This document shows positions 1-9,333 of a DNA stretch of 57,128 nucleotides, in pieces (the stretch's first letter is position 1; each line of letters opens with the position of its first letter). The DNA lies in the NCBI GenBank assembly GCA_016933425.1, contig JAFGAY010000350.1, positions 1-57,128 on the forward strand, written 5' to 3'. The stretch is from Pirellulales bacterium. GTDB taxonomy: Bacteria; Planctomycetota; Planctomycetia; Pirellulales; Thermoguttaceae. Made by a program: the position numbers and the translations under genes. A model generated the notes under the pieces. That model saw only the letters and a program-made list of their open reading frames with translations. It was not told the DNA's origin and made no database searches.

Positions 1-627
1 AACCTGCTGGACGCCGCTGACGGTGATGCTGTTGATGACTTTCGGGTAGTATTCCTCGGCGATCCGAATGATCTGGGAAACGTGTTCCGGCTGGTCGACG
101 TGGCCCGCGATCCGCACGCTGCTGGCCACGGGAGTAACCGTGAGCGAGGCGTTGGGAAATTGCGATTTGAGCACCTCGGACAGTTCCCGCGCATCGCCGA
201 ACACAATGACGTCGACCGTGTAGATTTTCTTGTCCTCGGTCCACAGGTTGACTTGGGTGACGCCCGCCTTCTTGGCCGAAACCTGGATTTGGGTCGGCGA
301 GAGGGGGACGATTTGGAGAATGTCGGGATTGTTGACCTGAGCCTGGGGAATCTTCTGGTCGAGCGTGAGAATGCGGCTCGTGTTGACGATCATCTCCATG
401 TGCTCCGATGCGTTTTCGAGCTTGCGCACGATCGATGCATTCGGGAACGCCTCGTCGGGAGTCGTTTGGGCCGTCGCGGCCGGACTCAACGACAAGAGAA
501 TCACGCTAGCGGCCAACCATCGAGCAAACCGCGAACGGGGTGCCACCGGCATCCCGCCATTGCCTCGCGGATCACGGGCAAGATGCCCGCGGGACCGATG
601 CCCACGCGGCGGAATTGTTGCGAACAT
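1..627 (-). CDS. cpaC: Flp/Tad pilus secretin CpaC/RcpA, N-terminal part (3' end runs off the window)
   Basis: Absent from the ORF track because it is open at the window edge. My translation of the minus strand from ATG 627 (alternative ATG 552) gives MFATIPPRG...RFARWLAASVILLSLSPAATAQ (signal peptide), then MEMIVNTSRILTLDQKIPQAQVNNPDILQIVPLSPTQIQVSAKKAGVTQVNLWTEDKKIYTVDVIVFGD. This resembles the N-terminal pilus-formation module of CpaC secretins. It lies directly downstream of cpaB. Confidence 0.7.
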   Translation of the reverse strand, partial: MFATIPPRGHRSRGHLARDPRGNGGMPVAPRSRFARWLAASVILLSLSPAATAQTTPDEAFPNASIVRKLENASEHMEMIVNTSRILTLDQKIPQAQVNNPDILQIVPLSPTQIQVSAKKAGVTQVNLWTEDKKIYTVDVIVFGDARELSEVLKSQFPNASLTVTPVASSVRIAGHVDQPEHVSQIIRIAEEYYPKVINSITVSGVQQV

Positions 628-674
628 CCTTGTTCTTCCTTGCAAAAAGTCCCCGTCAGGGGGTTACATCCTTG

Positions 675-1790
675 TTATTCCTCGCGCTCCGTCGGGACGA
701 AATCTCCGGAATCTCCGGGATCGCCTGAATTGGGCTCCGCCGGCGGCGCCGGAGGAGGAGAGGGTTCTTGCGGCGGTGTGTTTTGAATCATGGGCGGCGG
801 CGCGGCCGGCCTTCCACCGTTGGCGCCAAATCGCCAGACATGCTCGCCCGACGGACCGGTCGACTCCTCCATCGTGACGTCCGCGAGGTCGGAACCGGAG
901 AGGATTCGTATGTTCCAGACGTTGTCTGCCGTCGCCGTGGGAGGCTCCAGAGTCGGGACCGGGGTTTTACCGGCTTTCATGCCGTCCAGAAACGACTTGA
1001 GCCCGCCGAGCCCTCCCGACGACGCATTCGCCTCGGCGTTTTCCTGCGAACGGTCGCCGATGCCCACGCGGCCGAGCAATTCGGCCACCGTTTTGCCGGG
1101 GGTGCTGAGGATGTCGTCGCCCCCGGGGGGACGCATGGTCAACTGAACCTTGCCCAATTGTTGGGCAAGCACGATCGTTTCCGCTTGCTCCGGAGTCACT
1201 AAAAGCTGAATGACCTTGCCGCGGATCGAATCCTCCGCGTTGCCTTTGGGATCGAGCTTGAACGTGTCGTCGATGGCGAAAACCTTGATGTCCTGCAAAA
1301 TGGTCTTGGTGCGGCTTTCGGCGACGCCCATCCCGGTGTTTTTCCGAAAATGGACCACGATGTCGACGCGATCGCCCGGGTAGATCAATCCGGCGCCGCT
1401 GACCATGTCGACCTTCACGCCGACCACGCGGTAGCCCTTCGGGATGTTGTCGCTGGCGGTTTGCCGGGTGACGCCTTTGCCGATGAGCTTACGCTCGCGG
1501 ATGGGTTCTCCCTGGTAGATATCGTCTTGAGCGCGGCAGCCCTCGACCTTTTCGATCTGGCTGAGGCTGTCCTCGGGAGCTTTCTCCTTGGGCCATGGCT
1601 CGAGCTTGACCATCTTCGCCGAGATCAATTCGCCCGGCGTGATATCCTTCACGGCGACGAGAATGGACCGCGTGTCGCCCTGCTGAACAACCGGTTCGCG
1701 GTTTTTACTGATGACCTGGGTAACGCCAATGGCGGCCACCAGCCCGCATCCCAACGCTAGCACAAGCAAAATGAGTGATTTGGGCCGCAT
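675..1790 (-). CDS. cpaB: Flp pilus assembly protein CpaB/RcpC (SAF-domain)
   Basis: ORF 675..1823 trimmed to ATG 1790 (MRPKSLILLVLALGCGLVAAIG membrane anchor). CpaB-type body (YRVVGVKVDMVSGAGLIYPGDRVDIV; VTPEQAETIVLAQQLGKVQLTMRP). Pro-rich acidic C-terminal tail. Confidence 0.85.
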   Translation of the reverse strand: MRPKSLILLVLALGCGLVAAIGVTQVISKNREPVVQQGDTRSILVAVKDITPGELISAKMVKLEPWPKEKAPEDSLSQIEKVEGCRAQDDIYQGEPIRERKLIGKGVTRQTASDNIPKGYRVVGVKVDMVSGAGLIYPGDRVDIVVHFRKNTGMGVAESRTKTILQDIKVFAIDDTFKLDPKGNAEDSIRGKVIQLLVTPEQAETIVLAQQLGKVQLTMRPPGGDDILSTPGKTVAELLGRVGIGDRSQENAEANASSGGLGGLKSFLDGMKAGKTPVPTLEPPTATADNVWNIRILSGSDLADVTMEESTGPSGEHVWRFGANGGRPAAPPPMIQNTPPQEPSPPPAPPAEPNSGDPGDSGDFVPTEREE

Positions 1791-1930
1791 TGGTTTTCCC
1801 CTTGTTGCGACAATTAACCCCAACTAACGCCTAGACGCCCGGCCGCCGGATGGGCGACCGCGACGCGCCAGGGCGCATCTTTCGCGGCCCGGGGGGAGCA
1901 CAGGCGTTTCGGTTCCGTGTTCCCTACGAT

Positions 1931-2455
1931 CTACTGGACTCGCTCGGTGCGCATAACGGTAGTGGCCGATAACGTTCTACCACCCAAGTACTTCGACGCC
2001 GGGAGCCAACTCACTTCACTGAATGGAATGGAGACCGTGACGCTGACGACGTCGCCGTACTCGGCGTTCTCCGGGCTCATCGGGTTACCCTCGGTGTCGA
2101 GAATTTGGACCGATGCGTTGGAAATCCCGACGGATTCAAGGATTTCGTCGACCCGATTCTCGACGTTCACCGCGGTTTGCTGCGGTAAAACGGCCATCCG
2201 CGCCCCCTCCCGAGATGCATTGGTTATGATCTGCTGCACCATGATGGCGCGTCCAATTTCGATCATCCCAAGGATCATCAGGAAAAAAATGGGCGCAACA
2301 ATAGCGAACTCAACCGCCGCAGCGCCTCGTCTGTGTCTTCGGCAAGATCGACATACTTTCTCCACCTTGAAACCACAATCTTGCATACGTTGGCCATCAA
2401 TAGGGCCTGAGTCGTCAGGATTAGCGTCGATATTTGGCAGAATAGGTTGATTCAT
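1931..2455 (-). CDS. TadE-like pseudopilin/pilus assembly protein
   Basis: Last 174 codons of ORF 1931..2923. ATG at 2455 overlaps the cpaA stop (ATGA). RRGAAAVEFAIVAPIFFLMILGMIEIG matches the TadE/TadG N-terminal segment. The upstream part of the track ORF is Arg/Gly-rich junk that overlaps cpaA. Confidence 0.75.
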   Translation of the reverse strand: MNQPILPNIDANPDDSGPIDGQRMQDCGFKVEKVCRSCRRHRRGAAAVEFAIVAPIFFLMILGMIEIGRAIMVQQIITNASREGARMAVLPQQTAVNVENRVDEILESVGISNASVQILDTEGNPMSPENAEYGDVVSVTVSIPFSEVSWLPASKYLGGRTLSATTVMRTERVQ

Positions 2456-3021
2456 AGCAAAAGTCCCGTGAAGGCAAAATAGGCAATCGTGCCAATGGCA
2501 ATGGGAATTCCGTACGGCAGTAGGAGCATCGAACTCTTGCGCTCGGCCGCCATGGCCGAGAGCTGGTTGGGATCGCGCACGACGAGGATTTCCGTTGCGA
2601 TGGCCCAAAACTGGCCCGCGTGTTGGCGGACCTTCTTCCGGTAAATCACCATTCCAATGGCGATGAGTCCTCCGATAACCGCGGAGAGACAAAACGCATA
2701 GAAAGTATTCCAACCCCAGACCCAAGCGCCCACGCCGGCCAGGAGTTTGACGTCGCCGGCGCCCATGCCGCCGATGGCATAGGCGGGCAGCAACAGCGCC
2801 AGGCCGACCGCCGTTCCAATGAGACTGGCCACGAGCCCGTCCCATCCGAACAGAATCGCGCTGACGGCCCAGCCGCTCAAGACCATTGGAAAGGTGATCC
2901 AGTTGGGAACCTTGAGTTTCCAACCGTCGATCACTGCGGCCGCGATCAAAATAACGCTAACCAGAATACAGATGCCCGGCATGGCGGCCATTGGGCTAGG
3001 AGTGTTCCATGGCTCAAACAT
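2452..3021 (-). CDS. cpaA: A24-family prepilin peptidase, CpaA/TadV type
   Basis: 189-aa polytopic membrane protein with two Asp motifs (AAVIDGWKLKVPN and GMGAGDVKLLAG) and no methyltransferase domain. Located in the tad locus. Confidence 0.85.
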   Translation of the reverse strand: MFEPWNTPSPMAAMPGICILVSVILIAAAVIDGWKLKVPNWITFPMVLSGWAVSAILFGWDGLVASLIGTAVGLALLLPAYAIGGMGAGDVKLLAGVGAWVWGWNTFYAFCLSAVIGGLIAIGMVIYRKKVRQHAGQFWAIATEILVVRDPNQLSAMAAERKSSMLLLPYGIPIAIGTIAYFAFTGLLL

Positions 3022-3355
3022 TCATTTTTCTCCGTCGTTGCTTCTCGACTACCTCGTGATGGTTGATTGGATGGGTACGATGGCCTCATGCCCGCGCGGT
3101 CAGCACGAAACTGAAAAGAAAGCCCACCAGGCTGAAAAAACATATGGCCATTTGCAGAGCCGTATTGATCGCATCCGGGGACAGGGGCCAGTACATAACA
3201 ACGCTTCTCCACTTTGAGCGATTTGACATTCCGCAATCGATTGGGTGGCACGCTCTGAAAGGGTGTGCCACCCGGACCTCAGGGTGTGTTACCCGGACCG
3301 CGAAGCAGGGGGTGTGGGGACACAATCCCCAAAACCCTCTAAAGCAACTCTAGGT

Positions 3356-3400
3356 TAAAAAAAACCCCCTCGATGCCCCAATTTGGGACATCGAGGGGTT
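3356..3400 (-). terminator. Rho-independent terminator downstream of flp
   Basis: On the minus strand: AACCCCTCGATG-TCCCAAATTGGGG-CATCGAGGGGG followed by TTTTTTTT. It sits about 75 nt after the flp stop. Confidence 0.7.
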
Positions 3401-3473
3401 CCATGTTATCGCGTCTGGGGGTTTGCCGGGGCACGTGGCCGGCGGCTCGCCCGACGCCACACGTGACGGTTAA

Positions 3474-3659
3474 CTACCCTTGCACCTCGGTCAATTTGTC
3501 ACCCACGCTGGTGAACGTGGTGTTGGCCCGGGTGCCGATGGTCTGAATCGCCGCCAAGCAGACGACGATAATCAGGGCCATCATGACGGCATACTCAACC
3601 GCCGTTGGGCCATCTTCCGAAACGAGGAAACGATGCACCTTCGTAGCAAGCGACTTCAT
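3474..3659 (-). CDS. flp: Flp/Fap family pilin
   Basis: 61 aa. MKSLATKVHRFLVSEDGPTAVEYAVMMALIIVVCLAAI has the G/xxxxEY Flp motif followed by a hydrophobic helix. Confidence 0.85.
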   Translation of the reverse strand: MKSLATKVHRFLVSEDGPTAVEYAVMMALIIVVCLAAIQTIGTRANTTFTSVGDKLTEVQG

Positions 3660-4270
3660 GAGGATTCCTCCTTTTCAGCGAACCGACATCAACGGCCTTT
3701 TCTCGGCCGCAATGTCGATCCGTGACCAACTTGTGTGAGGACGAGAGGACACGTCGCCGGGCCGCAAAGCCCAACAATGGCCTGAGTTGTGCCCTCTCGA
3801 ACCCTGGAAAAACGGTGAAAAGCCGCCTCTGCCTCCTACAACTCCGAAAACGTTATTTCTTTTCGGTAACCCGGCTGCCGGCGGGCATTTGCCCGACGGT
3901 CCTAGGCTTTGCGTCGCAGCCTTTCGGCTGGTTTGCCTTTGTCGAAGATAGAGACATTCAGGCCTCGGCGGCCGAAACACCCTGGCCTTCGGATCGCACG
4001 GATTCCACGCAACCCCAAAACCAAAACCTCTCGACCGCGAAGACGGGATAACCTACGGCATATTGGCCGCGCGGCCATGCCCGCTCTACCTTGAAACGTA
4101 GGTCAAAAACCCGAAAAGTCAAATCGGGAACTTTAGGGGAATTTAGAAAGGCGCGAGGAAAATTCCGATGTGGAAAACGACCGCGCCGGTTGCGCCGGTT
4201 GAAAGGGATGGGCGAGATGCCAGTCGAAAACCGTCCAAGAAACGCAAACCAATGCTCACTCAGCCCCTTA

Positions 4271-4292
4271 TAGCCGCGGGCGGAAGCCCGCG
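4271..4292. repeat. REP-B hairpin TAGCCGCGGGCGGAAGCCCGCG
   Basis: An exact copy is also at 46249-46270. Reverse-orientation copies are at 29126-29147 and 40842-40863 (one variant). A related copy, CCGTGGGCGGGAGCCCACGG, is at 29195-29214. Confidence 0.85.
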
Positions 4293-4316
4293 CGAGCACT
4301 TCACCCCAGCGTCGCA

Positions 4317-4344
4317 TAAAAAAACCGGCGGCTTTCGCCGCCGG
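4317..4344 (-). terminator. Rho-independent terminator downstream of the MFS gene
   Basis: On the minus strand: CCGGCGGC-GAAA-GCCGCCGG followed by TTTTTTTT. It sits about 55 nt after the stop at 4399. Confidence 0.7.
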
Positions 4345-4398
4345 CTGTGATCTTTAGTGCTCCGGGATGATCTATGCCCCCGGATGATCGACCGAACG

Positions 4399-5730
4399 TC
4401 ACTCCGATTCCGGGCCATTCGTCTCCGAGGCGTCCGGCGTCGGCTCCATGTCGGGCAAGACAACGTCCCGCTTGAGCGACCCCGGATCGACGTCGGCCCC
4501 GCCGGTTTTCTCGACTGCCGGCTTGCCGGGTTCTTTGGCGGGCGGCTCGGGATTTTTCATTCCGACGAACAAAACCGCCGCGCCAACGGCCGCGCAGACC
4601 AGCGGCACGGCGAAGATCTTGCTCCATTGGAATTTGCCGTCCACCGAGCACTTGTCCATGACAAAGCCCGCCAACTGGGTGCACAGAAACAACGACAGGC
4701 CGGTCTGGACAAAGAAAATCAATCCCTGGGCCGCGCCACTCATTCCCTTGGGCGCGATGGTTCCCGTGTAGAGCTGGCCGACAATTATGAAGAAAACGTA
4801 CGCGAAACCGTGAAACATCTGGACCGGAATGATGAGCGCCGGTGCGCGACATCCGACATAGGCCGAAAACAGGACCACCCAGCACAACAGGCCGACGGCC
4901 AGCGTCGCGTTGAAACCGAGCAAATCTCCATAGAACCAGTCCATCAGGAACCAGGTGGCCGCGGCCTGCGCGACTTGGGCGATGGCCATAACGGCCGAAA
5001 TGTTTTTCGTCTTGATGCCGATGCCCTGCATGAACGGCGCGGAACCGAGAAAATAAAATTGTTGCATCCCGGCCACCACCAGCGTGACGACCATGAACAC
5101 GGCGAAACTCGGATTCTTCAGAAGCGTCAGGGCGTCGAGAATGGAGCTTGTGGCGCCTTCCGCGAAGGGAGTGTTCGGCTGGATCAAACAGCTCGCGGCC
5201 ATGATCACGGAAACCAATCCCGCCAGCACAAGACAATCGCTGCCGTCGCCTTCGCTCTTGCGAAGATTGCGCATTCCCGCAAGGAGATAGCCGACCAGCG
5301 CCCAGGCCACCGGCGCCCAAATGAAAACAACGCCCGGCCCGAATCCATGACCCTCGTAATGCGTAAGGAGAACTTTGTTCACCAGCGGCAGGGTCGCCGC
5401 ATAGCACAACGACCAACCGAACATAACGGCGAAAAGCCCCCAGAATTTTTGCTGCCGGGCGGCGACGAACAATAAAAAGGCTCCGGCCAAGTGGCAACCG
5501 GCCATGAGCCATTTCGCGTCGACGTAGGTGTCGGACAACCACCCGGCCACCAGCGGCGTGACCATGCTGGCCAGGGGAAGCGTTGCATAGATCCAGCCCG
5601 TCTGTTTGCCGCTCATCCCGAGCGGGCCCAGGCATCGAGCCGCCAGAACGGGCGCCCAGGCGCCCCAGATGGCGAACTCGAAGAACATGACAAGACTCAA
5701 CTGAACATAGAGCGTAAGATCGAATTCCAC
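4399..5730 (-). CDS. MFS transporter, nucleoside:H+ symporter (NupG/XapB-like) family
   Basis: ORF 4399..6000 trimmed to GTG 5730, which is preceded by AAGGAG 6 nt upstream. LVMFFEFAIWGAWAPVLAARCL and SDTYVDAKWLMAGCHLAGAFLLFVAARQ parallel the E. coli NupG N-terminal helices as I recall them. About 12 TM segments. Hydrophilic C-terminal tail. Confidence 0.8.
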   Translation of the reverse strand: MEFDLTLYVQLSLVMFFEFAIWGAWAPVLAARCLGPLGMSGKQTGWIYATLPLASMVTPLVAGWLSDTYVDAKWLMAGCHLAGAFLLFVAARQQKFWGLFAVMFGWSLCYAATLPLVNKVLLTHYEGHGFGPGVVFIWAPVAWALVGYLLAGMRNLRKSEGDGSDCLVLAGLVSVIMAASCLIQPNTPFAEGATSSILDALTLLKNPSFAVFMVVTLVVAGMQQFYFLGSAPFMQGIGIKTKNISAVMAIAQVAQAAATWFLMDWFYGDLLGFNATLAVGLLCWVVLFSAYVGCRAPALIIPVQMFHGFAYVFFIIVGQLYTGTIAPKGMSGAAQGLIFFVQTGLSLFLCTQLAGFVMDKCSVDGKFQWSKIFAVPLVCAAVGAAVLFVGMKNPEPPAKEPGKPAVEKTGGADVDPGSLKRDVVLPDMEPTPDASETNGPESE

Positions 5731-5944
5731 GACGATCTCCTTGGTCAATAGAGTGGCGATTTGCCCAGGGCGCGCTCCTCTCGCAAGGTTCCGCGAGAGG
5801 GCGCGGTTCTCAACCGTGCTCCCCTTGCTCGCTCCGACGAACGCCGCATTGTATTGGGCGAGGCAAACGCGACGATGGCGGCTATTGTAGAGAAGTCCGC
5901 CTTTCAGGGAAAGATGGGTACCCCTCGGAATCCGGCTCGACCGA

Positions 5945-7777
5945 TCACGCCGCCGACGGCCGCGCGCGGGGCGCCGGCGCCGACAGGTCAAACAGCCCAA
6001 GAACTTCTTCCTGGGTCAGGCTGAGCCGGCGCCCGGGCCGCAGGTCGGAGAAGATCGTATCGAAAAGCTCGCGTTTCTCTTCCAGAATCCGGTTGATTCG
6101 CTCTTCGATCGTGCCGAGGGTGAGCATTCGGGTCACGGTCACCGGGCCGGCCGAGCCGATCCGGTGGACCCGATTGATCGCCTGGTCCTCGACGGCCGGA
6201 TTCCACCAGCGGTCGAAGAGAAACACGTAGCCGGCAAACTGGAGATTCAGCCCGACGCCGCCCGCCCCGTAACTCAAAAGGAGCACATGGGCGTCGGGAT
6301 CGTCTCGGAAACGGCGGATCACCCCGTCGCGGTGCTTGGCCGGGATCCGGCCGTGATATTCAAGCGGCCCGAAACGCCCGAGAACGTCGCGGAGCCGCTG
6401 GAGCGTCTCGACCCATTGGCTGAAGACGATCGCTTTTCGGCCGCTGTCGGCGACTTCCTCGAGGTCGGCTTCCAAGCGTTCGAGTTTCGTGCTGGCCCCG
6501 GTCGCCGGATCGAAGTTGCAGATTTGCTTCAGTCGCAGGATTAACTCGAACACGTGCTGGATCGTCATGCGCTCGCCCAGTTCGTTCAGGTGGACGACCC
6601 CCTCGCCCTCGGCGAGTTGATAGGCCGCGTGCTGCTCGGGCGAGAGTTCCAGCTCGGCGTCGCGGAACAGCTTGGGCGGCAAATCGGCCAGCACGGCCTC
6701 CTTGGTGCGCCGCAAAACATAGTCGCTCACCGCGCGGCCCATTCGCCGGGGGCGCATCTCGGGCGAGAGATAGCCCGGCGAGAGAAACTCGAAGATGCCG
6801 ACCAGGTCCTCAGGGCTGTTTTCGACGGGCGTGCCCGTCAGCGCCCAGCGCCGTCGCGCGCGGAGACTGCGAACGACCTGGCTCGTGGCGCTGTGGCGAT
6901 TTTTGATCCGTTGCGATTCATCAAGGATGACCAGGTCGAACGACAGCGCCGGATCGTCGCCGGCCAGCGTGTTCCGGTCGCGGTTCAAGAGTTCATAGTT
7001 GGCGATTTTTACGGGCACGTCAACCAACCGCCACTGCCAGTCGCGCTTGGCCTGGTTTCCCTCGATGACCGAGACGGGAATCTCCGGCGCCCACAGATCG
7101 AACTCTCGCCGCCAGTTGGTCACCAGCGATTTGGGGCAGACGAGCAATACCCGCTGCGCCTCGCGCCGATGGATCAAGAGCCGGACAGCCGTGATCGCCT
7201 GCATGGTTTTTCCCAGCCCCATCTCGTCGGCCAAAATGGCCGTCTGGCGCGGATACAAAAACGCGATTCCCTCGAACTGGTAATGAAACGGCTCGAACCG
7301 AAATCCGAACGATCGCTCGGCCAGAAGGATTTCCAAGGGCGGCTGCAGAAGATAGTTCAACCGATCCAGAAGTTTGATCACGTCGCCCGGCGGACGGATG
7401 CGGATCGCCTGACGCCCATCGGCCGCCGGCCCGTGAAAAACGGCCGGACCGGGGGCGCCGGCCGCTTGCGAACCAACCGGCTCGTCTTCCGCCGGCTCGA
7501 GGAAATGAAAACTTCGCGTCCGCGGGACCGGCGATCGGGTAATTGGCACCGAAACGACGCGCGGACGCGGAGTTGTCAACGGCACGGCCACCATGTCGAT
7601 CGGCCCAAAACCATCGAACTGGTCGGACCACGCGCTGCTGGCCGGTTCGACGCGCGCCGCCAAATCCCAATCGCGCACGTCCGGCGAGCCGGACGCCTCC
7701 CAGCGCAATCCTTTCACTGGGTCGATCGACCAACGCGAGGGATGAGCGGTTAGGGATTGGGGATGAGCGAACGACAT
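5945..7777 (-). CDS. SNF2/RapA-family DEAD/DEAH-box helicase
   Basis: ILADEMGLGKTMQAI (motif I), LVILDESQRIKN (motif II), C-terminal helicase motifs (LLLSYGAGGVGLNLQ; QAINRVHRIGS). About 170 aa of low-complexity N-terminus. Confidence 0.85.
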   Translation of the reverse strand: MSFAHPQSLTAHPSRWSIDPVKGLRWEASGSPDVRDWDLAARVEPASSAWSDQFDGFGPIDMVAVPLTTPRPRVVSVPITRSPVPRTRSFHFLEPAEDEPVGSQAAGAPGPAVFHGPAADGRQAIRIRPPGDVIKLLDRLNYLLQPPLEILLAERSFGFRFEPFHYQFEGIAFLYPRQTAILADEMGLGKTMQAITAVRLLIHRREAQRVLLVCPKSLVTNWRREFDLWAPEIPVSVIEGNQAKRDWQWRLVDVPVKIANYELLNRDRNTLAGDDPALSFDLVILDESQRIKNRHSATSQVVRSLRARRRWALTGTPVENSPEDLVGIFEFLSPGYLSPEMRPRRMGRAVSDYVLRRTKEAVLADLPPKLFRDAELELSPEQHAAYQLAEGEGVVHLNELGERMTIQHVFELILRLKQICNFDPATGASTKLERLEADLEEVADSGRKAIVFSQWVETLQRLRDVLGRFGPLEYHGRIPAKHRDGVIRRFRDDPDAHVLLLSYGAGGVGLNLQFAGYVFLFDRWWNPAVEDQAINRVHRIGSAGPVTVTRMLTLGTIEERINRILEEKRELFDTIFSDLRPGRRLSLTQEEVLGLFDLSAPAPRARPSAA

Positions 7778-7872
7778 CGTGCGTTATTGGAGCGTGTTAT
7801 TCAATTGGTTTTGGCAGCCATAAATCCCACCGGGCTCGCGCTTCGTCTTGGCCCAGCCATTCTCGCGCCCAG

Positions 7873-7910
7873 CGTCTCCGTGTCTCGGTGTCTCCGTGGT
7901 GAAAAAAACC
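7873..7910 (-). repeat. T-run + CACCACG + (GAGACA-N2)x3 short-period element
   Basis: Minus-strand reading: GGTTTTTTTCACCACGGAGACACCGAGACACGGAGACG. Confidence 0.75.
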
Positions 7911-7917
7911 ATTTAGA

Positions 7918-8523
7918 CTACTCGCCGCCGGCGCGTCGGGCCTCCTCGATCGCCTCGCGGATTCGCGCGAACGGCTCGGCCAGGTCGAATCCGTCAGGCA
8001 GGTCGGCCAGACGCTCGGCGATCGTCGTTGCGTCGGCCGCGACCGGCGTGAACAGACGATTATGGCCGAGGGGGAAGTGTTGCGGCGGCGGGCCGGGAGC
8101 GTGGGCCGAGTGCAGTCGCCAGGTTTTGCCGCCGTTGCCCGGGATTGTTTCGGCCGGATTCGATGGGGCGACCTCAGGTTGTGCCGCCGGCGCTTCGACC
8201 AACGCCACCGGAACATCAATCAACTCGCGGACAGCCAGCACGGCCGACTGGTCCGCGCAAACCACAAGGGGGGTGTTTTTACAGCCCGTCAGCAGGGTTT
8301 TCCCGATTTGCTCTCCGTAAAGGTAGTCGTCGAGCGTGGCGCCGTAGAGAATTTGCTGGGCGCGATTCGGTTTAATGGGGGCCGTGCAACGGAACTCCAA
8401 GGGCCGGCCGCGAAAATCGAGGGCCAGATAGCCGCCGAAAAGCCCATCCCTGGGGCATTCGAGCACTGTCAGAAAGCCGAGGCAGTTTCTCGGCTTAGGT
8501 TCGTTTCTTCCGTCAGCGGCCAT
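7918..8523 (-). CDS. hypothetical protein (201 aa), upstream of the SNF2 helicase
   Basis: ORF with a non-shadow amino-acid composition (GFLTVLECPRDGLFGGYLALDFRGRPLEFRCTAPIKPNRAQQILYG). I recognise no family. Confidence 0.6.
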   Translation of the reverse strand: MAADGRNEPKPRNCLGFLTVLECPRDGLFGGYLALDFRGRPLEFRCTAPIKPNRAQQILYGATLDDYLYGEQIGKTLLTGCKNTPLVVCADQSAVLAVRELIDVPVALVEAPAAQPEVAPSNPAETIPGNGGKTWRLHSAHAPGPPPQHFPLGHNRLFTPVAADATTIAERLADLPDGFDLAEPFARIREAIEEARRAGGE

Positions 8524-8798
8524 GGGGGCCTTCTGGACCAGGGGAGTCGGAAACCTTGCCCGGCCACAATAGTCCGGGCGGCCAGCCGTTGGATCGGGTT
8601 ATGGCGGTGGGGGACTTTAACCCGGCTCTGTCAAAGTAAACGACCTGGACCCGAGAAAATGCTCATCTCTCGGGGATCCGCCAAGGTGGGGATCCTTGGA
8701 AAAGAAGGCCTCGTGGTGAAACTTTTGCATGTAGACTCTCGACTTTTTTGCGGGTTTCTGATTATACTGAAGTCTCCGGCGGGAAAGAAAGGATAGCC

Positions 8799-9290
8799 AT
8801 GAGCAAAGACCCCCAGCCTGGACAGTCCCTGTTCAGCCAGATTGACGTGTCGCAGATCGGCGCCCAGAAGCCCAAGGCCACGCTGCATCCCCGGGCGGTC
8901 GGTCCCGAACCCGAACATACCCGGCTGCTGCGCGACATCCTCGCGGCCCAGGATCGTCAGAACGAGTTGCTTGAGGAATTGGTTGCCCAGGTTGGAGCTG
9001 CCCAACGCCAGCGGGCCTCGGAACTTGGCCAATGGAAGGAAGCCAATCCGCATCTGGCTCGGGCGTGCCGCCAGGCGGCCGAGTCGCTTAGCCGGGTGCA
9101 GACCGAGTTTCTCACGACGCTCACCGAGGAAATCCGCGAGACGCAAGAGTCGCTCATGGACGGGGAATTCATGCTCAACGAGTTTGTCGACCGGTTCGGT
9201 CCTCGGCTGGCGCATCTGAACGGCGTCCTCCAAGTCCTTTCGCAGCTCAGCGCCGCGCCCGACTCGGCCGGCGCGCCCAACCTGCCGTAA
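8799..9290 (+). CDS. hypothetical coiled-coil protein
   Basis: ORF 8748..9290 trimmed to ATG 8799, which is preceded by GAAAGGA. Helical, Gln/Glu/Leu-rich sequence, plausible as a real protein. The overlapping minus-strand ORF 8631..9647 is Arg-rich junk. Confidence 0.55.
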   Translation: MSKDPQPGQSLFSQIDVSQIGAQKPKATLHPRAVGPEPEHTRLLRDILAAQDRQNELLEELVAQVGAAQRQRASELGQWKEANPHLARACRQAAESLSRVQTEFLTTLTEEIRETQESLMDGEFMLNEFVDRFGPRLAHLNGVLQVLSQLSAAPDSAGAPNLP

Positions 9291-9333
9291 AGCCTTCGGA
9301 CCACAAGACCGTCTCCAAATCTCCCGGCCGGTC

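Noticed and set aside
4301-5635. 444-aa ORF (and the 372-aa plus-strand ORF 4357..5475) overlapping the MFS transporter gene
   Set aside because: The composition is Arg/Gly/Pro-rich with no motifs. They overlap, in another frame or on the opposite strand, a gene with clear family similarity. They are typical high-GC shadow ORFs.
5731-5944. Riboswitch in the leader of the nucleoside-symporter-like MFS gene
   Set aside because: A hairpin (CCTCTCGC-GGAACCTT-GCGAGAGG) and a TACAAT box are present. I could not match the purine, 2'-dG, preQ1, ZTP or c-di-GMP consensus cores from memory. An Rfam scan would be needed.
6554-7753. 399-aa plus-strand ORF antisense to the SNF2 helicase (also 7020..7733 and 6164..6544)
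   Set aside because: Shadow ORFs. The helicase frame carries all canonical SNF2 motifs, and these frames are Arg-rich low-complexity sequence.
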